Source: Candidatus Latescibacterota bacterium (GTDB lineage Bacteria > Latescibacterota > UBA2968 > UBA8231). Taken from it: a stretch of DNA of 64,000 nucleotides. Below, piece by piece: positions 19,505-29,047 of this stretch. Within the stretch, counting starts at the first letter, position 1. Every line of letters starts with the position of its first letter. The DNA lies in contig OZ220089.1 in the NCBI GenBank assembly GCA_964291625.2, positions 1,408,001 to 1,472,000 of the forward strand, in the 5' to 3' direction. The position numbers and the translations under genes were made by a program. Under the pieces are notes generated by a model. The model was not told the DNA's origin and did no database searches. It saw only the letters and a program-made list of their open reading frames with translations.

Positions 19505-21247
19505 TCACCCCTCCTCGTAGACCGCCTCGCCGCGGTGCAGCCGCTGGGCGATCTGCAGCGTCTGGAGCAGCTCGCGCTGGGTCGGCACCTTGGCCGCCAG
19601 GTAGCGGGCGGCGGCCACCATCAGCACCCGCTGCTCATCGGCGTCGGTCCGCTCGCCGTGCTGGCGGATGGCGGCCTCGAGCATCTGGAAGCTGTGGAAC
19701 TCGGCGTCCTCCCTCACCAGGGACTCGGTGAGCGCCCGGAACAGGGGTCCCGCTTCGCCCCCTGACACCAGGTAGCCGGAGACGAGCCGCCCGGCTTCGT
19801 CGACCTGCTGCTGCTGGTTGAGCAGCTGCAGGTACTCCTCCATCGCCTCGTCGGGGTCCGCCGCGGCCGCTCCCTGGTTGGGCAGGCGGGCGGGCGGGAC
19901 GTTGAGGAAGCGGTCGAGGTAGACGCGCATCGCCCCGTGGTAGACGCCGCGCAGCATCTCCGGCGACTCCGCCCTCTTCAGCATCTGGTGCAGGGCGTTG
20001 GCGTACGAGAAGGTGTGGAGCACGGCGATCCAGTCGGAGAACTCGTTGTTCACGTGGAACCGGACGATGCGCAGGGCCGCGGCCATCGTCACCGCCTCCG
20101 CCAGTTGCACGGGGCGCGCGCCCTCCTTCAAGGCCTCGTTCAATCCCTCCACGATCGCGTGGGGATCGTCCTGCAACAGGGCGTCGGTGAACTCGCCACT
20201 GCCCTTCCACTCCCTCCCCCGGCCTTCCTCCAGCAGTCGATCCAGCGAATCGAAGGTCTCGCTCAGCAGGGTCACGAGGTCGACGGGAGAGCGCCAGCTG
20301 TTCTGCTCCTCGCTGCGCTGGGCGGCGCTCAGCTGGCGGATGAGCGAGGGCAGGACGTCGGCGGCGTGCTCCCAGCCGATGCGGTCGAGCAACTCGAAGG
20401 CCTTGTTGACGAAGTCGATGACGTGGCCGCCTTCGAGGTAGAAGTGGTCGGTCGCCGCCGCCACCATCATCTCCACCAGGTCGGCCGGGCTCGAAGGACC
20501 CTCGATGGCGGCCAGCAGGGTGCGCTCGGCCCCGTCGCCGTTGCGGACCTCGACCAGGTACCGGAACCACCGCCGGAGCGCGGCGTGGGGGATCTCCCTG
20601 CTCTCGAGGGGCCGCAGCGGCACCCGCGGCGGCTGGCCGCTGGTGTCCGACGCCACGTGCAGGATCCCCTGGTACAACGGGGCGATGCGCTCGTCGCCGT
20701 CGAGGTGGTCGCTGACGTTGGCCATGGCCGAGAGGATCGTCATGCCGTTGGACCACCCGGAGCGCCGCCGGCGCGCCCCGTAGAGGCTGCTGGCCCGCAC
20801 CACGTCGTCCGGGTCCGCCCCGGCGCGCAGGAGGGAGACCACGGCCTTGGCCATCACCAGCCGGATGTTCTGGTCCATGCCTTCCTCCAGCCGGCCCAGG
20901 CCGCGCTCGACCGGGTCGCGGGGGGGCGCGGAGACGTCGATGTACACGCGTCCGTCCCTCACCTCCACCGGGTAGACGGTCGCGTCGTCGGCGAAGAGGT
21001 CGAAGGTGCAGCCGCTCTTCAGGTCGAAGCGGGCGTGATGCCAGTGGCAGGTCAGGATGCCGTCCTCCACGGTCCCGCGGTGCAGCGGAAACCCCATGTG
21101 CGGACAGCGGTTGTCCACGGCGTGGAGGTTGCCCTCCGAGTAGAACACGACGATCGGTACGGGTCCGCCCGAGACCAGGGCCCTCCCCTTGTTCCTGATC
21201 TCGTCCAGGGTCCCCGCGTCCAACAGTCTCTCCGCTGATCTGTCCAT
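19505..21247 (-). CDS. Rieske [2Fe-2S] domain protein with long helical C-terminal region
   Basis: CPHMG...CHWHH Rieske ligands; GGGAGAG RBS. Confidence 0.85.
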   Translation of the reverse strand: MDRSAERLLDAGTLDEIRNKGRALVSGGPVPIVVFYSEGNLHAVDNRCPHMGFPLHRGTVEDGILTCHWHHARFDLKSGCTFDLFADDATVYPVEVRDGRVYIDVSAPPRDPVERGLGRLEEGMDQNIRLVMAKAVVSLLRAGADPDDVVRASSLYGARRRRSGWSNGMTILSAMANVSDHLDGDERIAPLYQGILHVASDTSGQPPRVPLRPLESREIPHAALRRWFRYLVEVRNGDGAERTLLAAIEGPSSPADLVEMMVAAATDHFYLEGGHVIDFVNKAFELLDRIGWEHAADVLPSLIRQLSAAQRSEEQNSWRSPVDLVTLLSETFDSLDRLLEEGRGREWKGSGEFTDALLQDDPHAIVEGLNEALKEGARPVQLAEAVTMAAALRIVRFHVNNEFSDWIAVLHTFSYANALHQMLKRAESPEMLRGVYHGAMRVYLDRFLNVPPARLPNQGAAAADPDEAMEEYLQLLNQQQQVDEAGRLVSGYLVSGGEAGPLFRALTESLVREDAEFHSFQMLEAAIRQHGERTDADEQRVLMVAAARYLAAKVPTQRELLQTLQIAQRLHRGEAVYEEG

Positions 21248-21291
21248 GACTCTCTCCCTTCGGATGGCGGCTCCCCGTGAGCCGTGGACCG

Positions 21292-21322
21292 AATCTGCAA
21301 CTTCAAGTATACTTGAAGTCAA
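21292..21322 (-). promoter_or_regulatory. SoxR box within a 19-bp-spacer promoter
   Basis: Perfect palindrome ACTTCAAGTATACTTGAAGT (21300-21319); minus strand TTGACT-19 bp-CAGATT. Confidence 0.85.
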
Positions 21323-21333
21323 GGAGAAACTTC

Positions 21334-21804
21334 ATGGCCCACCTTGCGGAGTCCCTGACCATCGGTGAGGTAGCGGCCCGAAGCGGGGTCGCCACCTCCG
21401 CCCTGCGCTTCTACGAGGAGGAAGGACTGATCTCCTCGGAGCGGACCGGCGGCAACCAGCGCCGCTATCCGCGGGCGGTGCTGCGGCGGGTCGCCGTCAT
21501 CCGGGCCGCCCAGAGGATCGGCGTGTCCCTCCGGGAGATCCGCACGGCCCTGGACGGGCTTCCCAGCGGGCGCACCCCCAACAAGGCGGAGTGGGCGAAG
21601 CTGTCCCGGGGCTGGAGGGATCAGCTCGAGGAGCGGATCGAGACGCTGGAGAGGTTGAAGGAGAGCCTCACCGGGTGCATCGGCTGCGGCTGCCTGTCCC
21701 TGCGGTCGTGCAAGCTCTTCAACCGGGAGGACGAGATTGCCTCCCGCGTCGACGGCAGCCTGCTGATGGGGAAGCCCGCGCCGAGACGCCCGTCCTCCGG
21801 GTGA
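21334..21804 (+). CDS. soxR: Redox-sensitive transcriptional activator SoxR
   Basis: MerR HTH (LTIGEVAARSGVATSALRFYE); CIGCGCLSLRSC cluster. Confidence 0.95.
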   Translation: MAHLAESLTIGEVAARSGVATSALRFYEEEGLISSERTGGNQRRYPRAVLRRVAVIRAAQRIGVSLREIRTALDGLPSGRTPNKAEWAKLSRGWRDQLEERIETLERLKESLTGCIGCGCLSLRSCKLFNREDEIASRVDGSLLMGKPAPRRPSSG

Positions 21805-21889
21805 CGGCGCCGGGGAGCACCGACCGAACTCGGCTCGATCGAGGCACGCGCGTCGTTTGTGTGTCCTGTGCGACCGACAAGCCGGACCG

Positions 21890-23824
21890 TTACAGGTTCT
21901 GCAGCCCCCACTCCCAGGCCAGGATGACGATCTTCGGGCTCCACTCGCCGATGATGAGTCCCAGGAACAGCGGCTTAAGCGTGTTGTAGAGCCGCGGTCC
22001 CCCCAAGCGCAGGACGGCGGTCTTGATCGCCCAGGCGATGAGGATGCTGAGGAACATCTTGTAAGTCGCCAGGCTCACTGGAAAGCCGATCGGGTGGAAG
22101 GGCCACCACACGAAGCGCTGCCGGGCGAACATCAGCAGCCCCATCACCAGCGCCCCGATGCCGGTGTGGCCCCAATAACCCCAGTTCGTCTCGGTGCTCG
22201 TCTGCAGCCGGGCGGCCGCGTCCTGCCACTGGTAGTACCCCTGCTCCTTCAGCGTGTGGGTGATGTTCAGGCCGCCGTGCTCGTAGGCCGTGCCCAGGAA
22301 GACGGCCATGCCGCCGCAGATCGACACCGCGATGGCGATCAGCATGCTGGCCAGGAGCATCCGGCGGTGCCGGCGGATGGTCTCCTCCACCACCTTGAGG
22401 CTCTGCGCCGCGCAGGCCATCACCAGGATGATCATGTCCGCCGCCCAGGCATAGGTGAACCCGAGGGCGACGATCCCCGTCGGTCCCAGGGCGCGGGTCC
22501 CGAGACCGCCGACGATGGCGTCGGAGGCGATGATGGGACAGGCGAACCAGGGGATCCCCCCTTCGCAGACGACGCGGGTGATCCCCAGGTAGAGGAGGAA
22601 GGCCAGCCCCAGGTAGAGGGGCGCGATCCAGGCCGGGAGCCCGAGGAGCCAGAGCCAGAAGCAGATGAACGAGAAGCTGCCGGCGAAGAGGAGGACGGCG
22701 GTGCGGTAGGACATGATCTCGTCCCCTTCGCTGGCGTCCACCTCCGACGACAGACCCAGGGCGCGGCGCCCGACGGCCACGATGTGCCTCCGCCCGTTCC
22801 ACAGGCCGACGACCACCAGGGCGATGAAGGCGCCCAACCCCTCGAAGGAGAAGGTCGTGGGCGAGCGCGTCCACGGACTCATGAGCGGGTCCGTGTCGCC
22901 GCCCCCCGTCAGCGTCGAGACGATCTGGTAGGCCATGTAGACGAAGTAGTAGAAGCAGATCCCCAGGGTCACGTCGCGGCGGATGAAGTAGGCGAACCCG
23001 AGCATCATGAAGCTGATGCCCATGCGCACCTGCGCGACGTCGCGGAAGAGGTAGACGTACTGCCCGCCCACGTGGATCGGGTCCAGGGGGTAGTAGCGGC
23101 TCAGACCGTTGTTGACGCCGATGATGAAGGGCAGGAGGAAACCGAGCCAGAAGATCCAGTTGCGGAACAGGGGCTTGACCAGACCGGGGCGCGCGCCTTC
23201 GCCGGCGTCGTCCTGGATCATGGCGATCGGCAGCTGCATCATCGGGTAGACGAGCCGCTCGTTGTCGATCCACTGCTTGCGCAGGATGACGGCGACCGAG
23301 ACCATGGCGACCCAGAGAGACATCGCCATCGGCCCCCAGCCGATCAACAGCACCGGCAGCCACATCCCCCACGGCACCGTGCCGTCGCCGGACCCTTCGT
23401 AGAAACCGCGGATGTCCTGGAAGTAATGGGAGGGTACCACCCAGCTCGGAATGTAGGGGATCACCGCCTCGGCCCAGGCGTTCTCCGGGGAGATGTAATA
23501 GGCCATGGAGGTGATGTGGGGCAGCAGGTAGTCGGGCAGGCCGTTGGTGGCGACGCCGGAGCCGACGATCCACATCACGTATACCTGGGCCAGCTCGGGC
23601 GGCGTCAGCACCCAGTTGCGGTTGAGGAGTCCCAGCAGGGGGTTCACGACCAGCGCCATCAGGAACAGCATGAGGTTGGCGCCGATGGCGAAGTGCCAGG
23701 TGGAGAAGGCTCCGACGCGCAGGACGTAGGTGGAGTAGTTGAACCCCGCCCCGACGACGATGCACCCGAGGGTGCCGACGATCAGTCCGCGGTAGGTGCA
23801 GCCGAAGACGCGAGGTGTGTCCAT
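21890..23824 (-). CDS. DUF6785-like multi-pass membrane protein (putative transporter)
   Basis: LRKQWIDNERLVYP, WWPFHPIG, PLFLGLIIGE motifs; many TM segments. Confidence 0.75.
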   Translation of the reverse strand: MDTPRVFGCTYRGLIVGTLGCIVVGAGFNYSTYVLRVGAFSTWHFAIGANLMLFLMALVVNPLLGLLNRNWVLTPPELAQVYVMWIVGSGVATNGLPDYLLPHITSMAYYISPENAWAEAVIPYIPSWVVPSHYFQDIRGFYEGSGDGTVPWGMWLPVLLIGWGPMAMSLWVAMVSVAVILRKQWIDNERLVYPMMQLPIAMIQDDAGEGARPGLVKPLFRNWIFWLGFLLPFIIGVNNGLSRYYPLDPIHVGGQYVYLFRDVAQVRMGISFMMLGFAYFIRRDVTLGICFYYFVYMAYQIVSTLTGGGDTDPLMSPWTRSPTTFSFEGLGAFIALVVVGLWNGRRHIVAVGRRALGLSSEVDASEGDEIMSYRTAVLLFAGSFSFICFWLWLLGLPAWIAPLYLGLAFLLYLGITRVVCEGGIPWFACPIIASDAIVGGLGTRALGPTGIVALGFTYAWAADMIILVMACAAQSLKVVEETIRRHRRMLLASMLIAIAVSICGGMAVFLGTAYEHGGLNITHTLKEQGYYQWQDAAARLQTSTETNWGYWGHTGIGALVMGLLMFARQRFVWWPFHPIGFPVSLATYKMFLSILIAWAIKTAVLRLGGPRLYNTLKPLFLGLIIGEWSPKIVILAWEWGLQNL

Positions 23825-24023
23825 GCGGGTAGAGGTCGGGTGAGCCGGACGGCAATCGGTCAGGGGCGATTCGACACTATAGCCACCGATAAAGTGCTAT
23901 ACAAGGCGGGGAGCCTCGGCGATTCCCTGGACGCATGGACGCCCCCGTTGGGGCTACACCCTCACCCGGTGCTTGAGCGGACCTGACGTAGTGCCGTGAC
24001 AAGGCGTCATCCCTCAGCACCGT

Positions 24024-24223
24024 GGCTGGAGGGATCAGCTCGAGGAGCGGACCGCGACGCTTGAGAGGCTGAAGGAGAGCCTGACCGGGTGCACGAGTTA
24101 CGGCTGGCTGTCCCTGCGGACGTACAAGCTCTTCAACCGGGGGGACGAGATGGCGTCCCGGATCGACGGCAGCTTGCTGATAGGGAAACCCGCGCCGAGA
24201 CACCCGTCCTCCGGGTGATGGCG
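24024..24223 (+). pseudogene. Degenerate copy of the soxR 3' end (direct repeat of 21610-21809)
   Basis: Ungapped 200-bp similarity; GCTSYGWLSLRTY versus GCIGCGCLSLRSC. Confidence 0.9.
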
Positions 24224-24248
24224 AGGCGAGCTACATGGATCGAATGTC

Positions 24249-24527
24249 TCACAATCTGTATGCGTCATGGGGACCGACAGCGATTGCTTTGCCAACTCCT
24301 TGCCCGAGATCTTGAAAGATGAACCTGTGCTTGTCATCCAGTCTTACGGAATGAAGCGCGGGCTGGTTCCTTCGCTGCCCACCCAGCTTCTCGAGCTTTC
24401 GGCCTGGCGACAGTTCTCCCCTCTCGAATTCATCGAAGAGATCAATCAACTCCTTCTTCACCTTGGGATGTAACCTGCGAGCAGCCTTGCGAAATCTGTT
24501 GGTTGCATGGAAACTACGAATCCGCAT
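24249..24527 (-). CDS. RelE/ParE-superfamily toxin-like protein
   Basis: FRKAARRL...LEKL...SVRL...RFIF...VGPHDAY pattern. Confidence 0.65.
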   Translation of the reverse strand: MRIRSFHATNRFRKAARRLHPKVKKELIDLFDEFERGELSPGRKLEKLGGQRRNQPALHSVRLDDKHRFIFQDLGQGVGKAIAVGPHDAYRL

Positions 24528-25011
24528 CAATGTCGTCTCGCAAGAACTTCATGAGACCATCTCCGCCCCTGATCGTTCCGGCAACCTCAGAAGCCTGGCC
24601 GTCATGGATCAGAATGGTCCATCGAGCTTCTTCAAGGATGATCGTGAGTCTTCTGTAGAGATCATCTAACTGATCCAGTTCCCCAATCTGTTCCTTGTAG
24701 CCTTTGTGAACCAAGTCAGACCGTAGATGTCGTAGTTCGGCACGTTGCGCGTCAAAGTACCCCTCGGCCTTCTCCAGAAGAGGAACGGCAGTGTCATCAG
24801 GATCAATCTCGTCATCCTCCGGGTAGTCCTTGGCAAGCTCGGCAAATCGTCTGTGGAACTCCTCGACCAAAGGGGCCAGTCCCTCACGGAGCGCTCTGTA
24901 TCTCTCCAGGTCCACATCGGCCCTCAACGGCTCAGAGAGCCAAACCATCGTGCCAGTGACGTTCCGAATCGTCTCACCGGCTCCTGCTGGCGGCTGGACA
25001 AGTGTGCTCAT
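24514..25011 (-). CDS. Acidic helical hypothetical protein, putative antitoxin
   Basis: Overlaps downstream RelE-like gene; GGAG RBS. Confidence 0.5.
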   Translation of the reverse strand: MSTLVQPPAGAGETIRNVTGTMVWLSEPLRADVDLERYRALREGLAPLVEEFHRRFAELAKDYPEDDEIDPDDTAVPLLEKAEGYFDAQRAELRHLRSDLVHKGYKEQIGELDQLDDLYRRLTIILEEARWTILIHDGQASEVAGTIRGGDGLMKFLRDDIDADS

Positions 25012-25161
25012 GCCTGTTCTCCGCGGTTTCTACCCTGGTTCTTCTCAGCCTTCTTTCGCTTGCTTCTCACGTCGTTCCACCAGGATGGTGAAGGAATGTA
25101 CAGTATCCGGTGACTCCGATAGAGTCAATCTCTCCTTGGCAGATGTGTGCTGAGCTCGTGA

Positions 25162-27141
25162 TCAGGAGCCCGGCCGGTACTCCATCTCGACCCGGTTCTC
25201 GGGGCCCCTCAGGCCCATGGTGTTGACCGCCCGCGCCCGCAGGCGGTTGCGGCCCGGACGCAGCTCCCACTCGAAGGAGGGCTCGCTCTCCTCCCACTCT
25301 CCCCGGTCGAGGCTGACCTCGAAGCGGTCCAGGTGGGGGATGGGGCCGGAGAGCCTCACCGTCAGGGCCGCGGCCGTCTTCGTGTCCTGCAGGTCGATCC
25401 GCGTCCGGTTCAGGTCCCAGTAGAAGTCCTCCGGCCGGTTCGTCTGCAGCGAGTACTCGGGATACCTCGGGTCGAGGCTGTCCGTCCACCACAGGTGGCC
25501 GTCCCAGTGGTACTGGTCCATCCCCTGCTCCAGTTCCTGCGGCTCGGGGCGGTAGAGGTGGTCGTTGCGCAAGGGCATGCCGAAGCGCTGGTAGAGCTGG
25601 GCGAACATCGTCCGGAGCCGCTCGTCGGGGACGGGCGGCGGCGGCACGAACTCCAGGTCCCCCATGCGGCCGGCGGCGGCGAGGCGGTGCATCTCGAGGG
25701 CGTTGATGGGGACCCCGGACTCCTCGTACTGGAAGGCGACCTCGTGGCCGGGCAGGAGTCCCGGGTCCTGAAGGATCCACTTGCCGTGCTCGTCGGACCA
25801 GATCTCGGCCAGGCAGTGGTGGTCGACGATGAGGGCGCGGGCGTGGTAGCCGAGGGCGGCGGCGCACTGGCTGAAGACGGCGGCGTAGTGGGTGCACATG
25901 CCCAGGGCCAGGTTCTGCGGGGCCAGTTCCAGGATCTCGAGGGCGTCCCACTGGGGGCAGTAGTTGTAGGTGTTGTCGTTCCAGCCCTCCCACTGGCGGC
26001 GGACCCACTGGCGCAGCAGGGCGAACCGCTCCATCTCGGTCTGCCCGGGCGCCACGACTTCCTCCAGGCGGTGCTTCTCGCGCAGGTGACGCATGCGGGG
26101 GTGGTGCGGGTCGGCGTAGTCGAAGGGATAGGAGGAGACGGCCAGGTCGTTCTCCGGCGCCTCGACCACCTCGATCCGCCGGAGGTTGGCGCCGACGGCC
26201 CGTCCCGAGGCCTCGATGGTGACGCTCTTGAGCAGCGGGGTGACGGCGGGATCCCGACTGGAGAGGGTTGCCCGCCACTGCACGAACCGCGCAGCAGGCA
26301 GGGCCTCTCCCGAATCGGCAGCACGCCAGGAGGTCCACCGGTCCGAAGCGTAGAGCGCCGTCGAGCCGGATCTCACCTCGAAGCGGACCGAGGTCCCCGG
26401 CGGCGTTTCCGGAGTGGCCGAGAGGCGCAGGGCCTTCACCTCCATCCCGGGAGCCACGGCAGGCCCGGCGGCCAGGTCCATAACCGGAGATGTGGCCACG
26501 CCCTCCTGCGGATGGCCGCGGACCCTCAGGCGGACGACATACTCCCCGGTGAGGTCGTTGGCCGCCCCGAGCATGTCCCCCTTCCACTCGCCATGGCCCC
26601 CCAGGCGCTTGAAGCTGTTGCGGCCGGGCTCGTCGGCGTCGATGACCAGCGACCCGGCGCCGGAGAAGACCAGCTCGTTGCGGCCCGGGCGCAGATAGTG
26701 GCCGGGGATCGTCTCCCGGTCCCAGCCGCCGGTGAGCATCCTCTCGAGGTCCTGCACGTGGCGGATCTCGCGGCCGTTGACGGTGATCAGCAGGGGCTCC
26801 TCCTCGGTGCCGCCGCCCCCGTGGAACAGGACCTCCGCCGACTCCACCGCCGCCGGCAGGTCGAAGAGCTTCTTCGCCTCCACATCGGGCGTCAGGCTCT
26901 CCCGGATCTTGGAGCTGCGCGCCATGGCGTCGGCGATCAGATAGCTCGGCGCCAGGCAGAGCCCGCCGGCGTCGGCGCAGTAGTCGGTGAAGCGGTCGCG
27001 GGTGCAGCCGGCGAGGGCTTCAGCCTCGAGGGTGGTCTTCCACTCGGTCATGGGAGGCGCGGCGGAGGTGGTGCCGGCGGGCGCCAGCAGCGCCACCAGG
27101 GCGAGGGGGGCGAACCGGGAGGCCAAAGTTGGTCCCTGCAT
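25162..27141 (-). CDS. Secreted transglutaminase-like (Cys-His-Asp) domain protein
   Basis: Signal peptide; GMCTHYA...HCLAEIW...WILQDP. Confidence 0.8.
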   Translation of the reverse strand: MQGPTLASRFAPLALVALLAPAGTTSAAPPMTEWKTTLEAEALAGCTRDRFTDYCADAGGLCLAPSYLIADAMARSSKIRESLTPDVEAKKLFDLPAAVESAEVLFHGGGGTEEEPLLITVNGREIRHVQDLERMLTGGWDRETIPGHYLRPGRNELVFSGAGSLVIDADEPGRNSFKRLGGHGEWKGDMLGAANDLTGEYVVRLRVRGHPQEGVATSPVMDLAAGPAVAPGMEVKALRLSATPETPPGTSVRFEVRSGSTALYASDRWTSWRAADSGEALPAARFVQWRATLSSRDPAVTPLLKSVTIEASGRAVGANLRRIEVVEAPENDLAVSSYPFDYADPHHPRMRHLREKHRLEEVVAPGQTEMERFALLRQWVRRQWEGWNDNTYNYCPQWDALEILELAPQNLALGMCTHYAAVFSQCAAALGYHARALIVDHHCLAEIWSDEHGKWILQDPGLLPGHEVAFQYEESGVPINALEMHRLAAAGRMGDLEFVPPPPVPDERLRTMFAQLYQRFGMPLRNDHLYRPEPQELEQGMDQYHWDGHLWWTDSLDPRYPEYSLQTNRPEDFYWDLNRTRIDLQDTKTAAALTVRLSGPIPHLDRFEVSLDRGEWEESEPSFEWELRPGRNRLRARAVNTMGLRGPENRVEMEYRPGS

Positions 27142-27144
27142 CCT

Positions 27145-27735
27145 TCAGTCTCCGTTGCTGCGATAGCTGCGCGACATCTTCCGGGACTCGGGACAGAACA
27201 GCCTCGCCAGGGGATAGAGCACCGCGCCGCCGACGCCGCCCACAACCGACGCGGCCATGAAGAAGTCCCGGTCGTAGCTCAGATCGGCGGCCAGCAGATC
27301 GCGGTCCCCTGCGAGGTACCTCCGCGGCGCAAGGAGCGAGTCGATCGTGTCGAGGCCGCCGAGGGCCCCCTGGAGGGACCACCGCGGCACCTGACCCAGC
27401 CGCTCCGCAAAGGAGGTTCGCGGCCGCAGGTCTCTGTATGTAAAGGGCACGGCGACGGTGGGCTTGTCGGAAACGGAGTCGGGCTCCGTCTTCAACTGCT
27501 TCGAGGACGCGAGGAGATACCGCCCCTTCGGCGCCACGGCGCTCACCGCGACGGGCCTGGTCTCGCTGTCGACGGCGGAGGTGCTGTCGATGTCCCCATC
27601 AGCGGTGAAGATCACCTCGGCCCGGAAACGATCCTCGACGGACTCTCCCCGCGCCGGGTCGTGCAGGACGAGGCGGCTGTGGGAGCAGCCCATGCAGAGC
27701 AGAACCCACATCGACACGAAGACGAGTGACTTCAC
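27145..27735 (-). CDS. Hypothetical lipoprotein
   Basis: Lipobox-like LLCMGC; GTGA coupling. Confidence 0.55.
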   Translation of the reverse strand: MKSLVFVSMWVLLCMGCSHSRLVLHDPARGESVEDRFRAEVIFTADGDIDSTSAVDSETRPVAVSAVAPKGRYLLASSKQLKTEPDSVSDKPTVAVPFTYRDLRPRTSFAERLGQVPRWSLQGALGGLDTIDSLLAPRRYLAGDRDLLAADLSYDRDFFMAASVVGGVGGAVLYPLARLFCPESRKMSRSYRSNGD

Positions 27736-28151
27736 GGCGAGTCCTCCTTCGCGGCTCCATCCGCGAACGACTCCTCACCCCTCTCCTCCTGCTTCCGCCT
27801 CAGCTCCGCGATCTCTTCATCCGTCAGGCTCTCCTCAACCGTCACCTCTGTCCGCTGGATCAGCTCCAGCCTCAGCTCCCGGCGGGTCAGCCACTCCCAC
27901 CGTTCAGCGTTGACCGGGTGAGGATGGGGATGAACGTCGTCGGGCGCGATCTCCTCGGCCACGATGTGGAGATACCCCGGAGTGGCGCCGTCGTGCTTCA
28001 GGCTCGCGTCGGACATGGAGAGCAGGGTGGGTCTGTGGGAGAAGGCCTTGGCCACGTCCCGGCGCCGGGTGATCGAGCTGCCGGACCGCAGGCGCGTGAG
28101 CGCTTGCTGGGAGCCGTGATACCAGGTGCGGCTGAAATCCCGGTCCGGCAT
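27732..28151 (-). CDS. Arr-like ADP-ribosyltransferase-fold hypothetical protein
   Basis: WYHGS...SSIT...AKAFS...EWL pattern; TGATG coupling. Confidence 0.55.
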   Translation of the reverse strand: MPDRDFSRTWYHGSQQALTRLRSGSSITRRRDVAKAFSHRPTLLSMSDASLKHDGATPGYLHIVAEEIAPDDVHPHPHPVNAERWEWLTRRELRLELIQRTEVTVEESLTDEEIAELRRKQEERGEESFADGAAKEDSP

Positions 28152-28978
28152 CAGCTCGTCCGGTTCTCTTCCAGCCAGGAGACCGCGAAGTCCACCACGT
28201 CCCGCTGCGGCATCAGCTGGCCGTCGGCGAGACCGACCCGGCCGCGGCGGACCCCATGGCCCGCCTCCGACTGCAGGAAGGCCTCGCCCACGCGGTCGAA
28301 GTCGGAACTGTCGTTCTCGAACTCGGAGAAGGTGACCCATCCCGTGGCGGCCGGCGCCCCGTCCTCGATGATCCGCTTGGTGGCATAGTCGGCCCGGTAC
28401 TCCGCCAGGTGCATGGAGGTGTTGCGCTCATGCCCCACGCCGAGGAGCAGGACGTGGGCGTGCAGATCGTAGAGCCGCCCGAGGGGCGAGTCCTCGCCGA
28501 GGCCGTTGACCAGGCAGTGGTCGGCCGTGATCTCCCGCGCCCGGGGGCCGAGGGCGCAGACCGAGACGTGGGGATGGTCACTGCGGAGGACCCCCCTCTG
28601 CTTGCGGAAGGTCTCGGGGATGACGCCCATGGAGCGGGTCGGCGTGAGGTCCGGGTCGAAGGCCGGCATGCTCTCGCGGATGACCGGCCACCACGACTCG
28701 GGCACGGGAGGGCTCTCCCACCGGCTCGGCTCGGTCAGGTCGCTCGAGTGGGCCGGCATGACCAGGGTCCCGTCCGGGCCCAGGGCCTGCTGAAGGGCGA
28801 GGATGACGGCCACCGGTCCGCCGCAGACCCAGCCCATGGCGCTCAGGGAGGAGTGGACCAGCACCACCATGCCCGGGGTGACGCCGAGGGCGCGGAGATC
28901 GGCCTTCAGGGATGCCACCGTGGCGGGGGTTTCCGTCTGTGAAACGAGCTTCTGCACGGTGAAACAGAACGTATGCAT
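28151..28978 (-). CDS. AAC(3) family N-acetyltransferase
   Basis: VLVHSSLS, GTLVMP, MGVIPETFR, RSDHP, LLLGVG..NTSMHLAE. Confidence 0.9.
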   Translation of the reverse strand: MHTFCFTVQKLVSQTETPATVASLKADLRALGVTPGMVVLVHSSLSAMGWVCGGPVAVILALQQALGPDGTLVMPAHSSDLTEPSRWESPPVPESWWPVIRESMPAFDPDLTPTRSMGVIPETFRKQRGVLRSDHPHVSVCALGPRAREITADHCLVNGLGEDSPLGRLYDLHAHVLLLGVGHERNTSMHLAEYRADYATKRIIEDGAPAATGWVTFSEFENDSSDFDRVGEAFLQSEAGHGVRRGRVGLADGQLMPQRDVVDFAVSWLEENRTS

Positions 28979-29047
28979 CCGCGATGACCTGAACCACGAG
29001 CCGCCCGGTTGGACTATCCTTCAGTCGATCTCGACACCCCTGCCACC

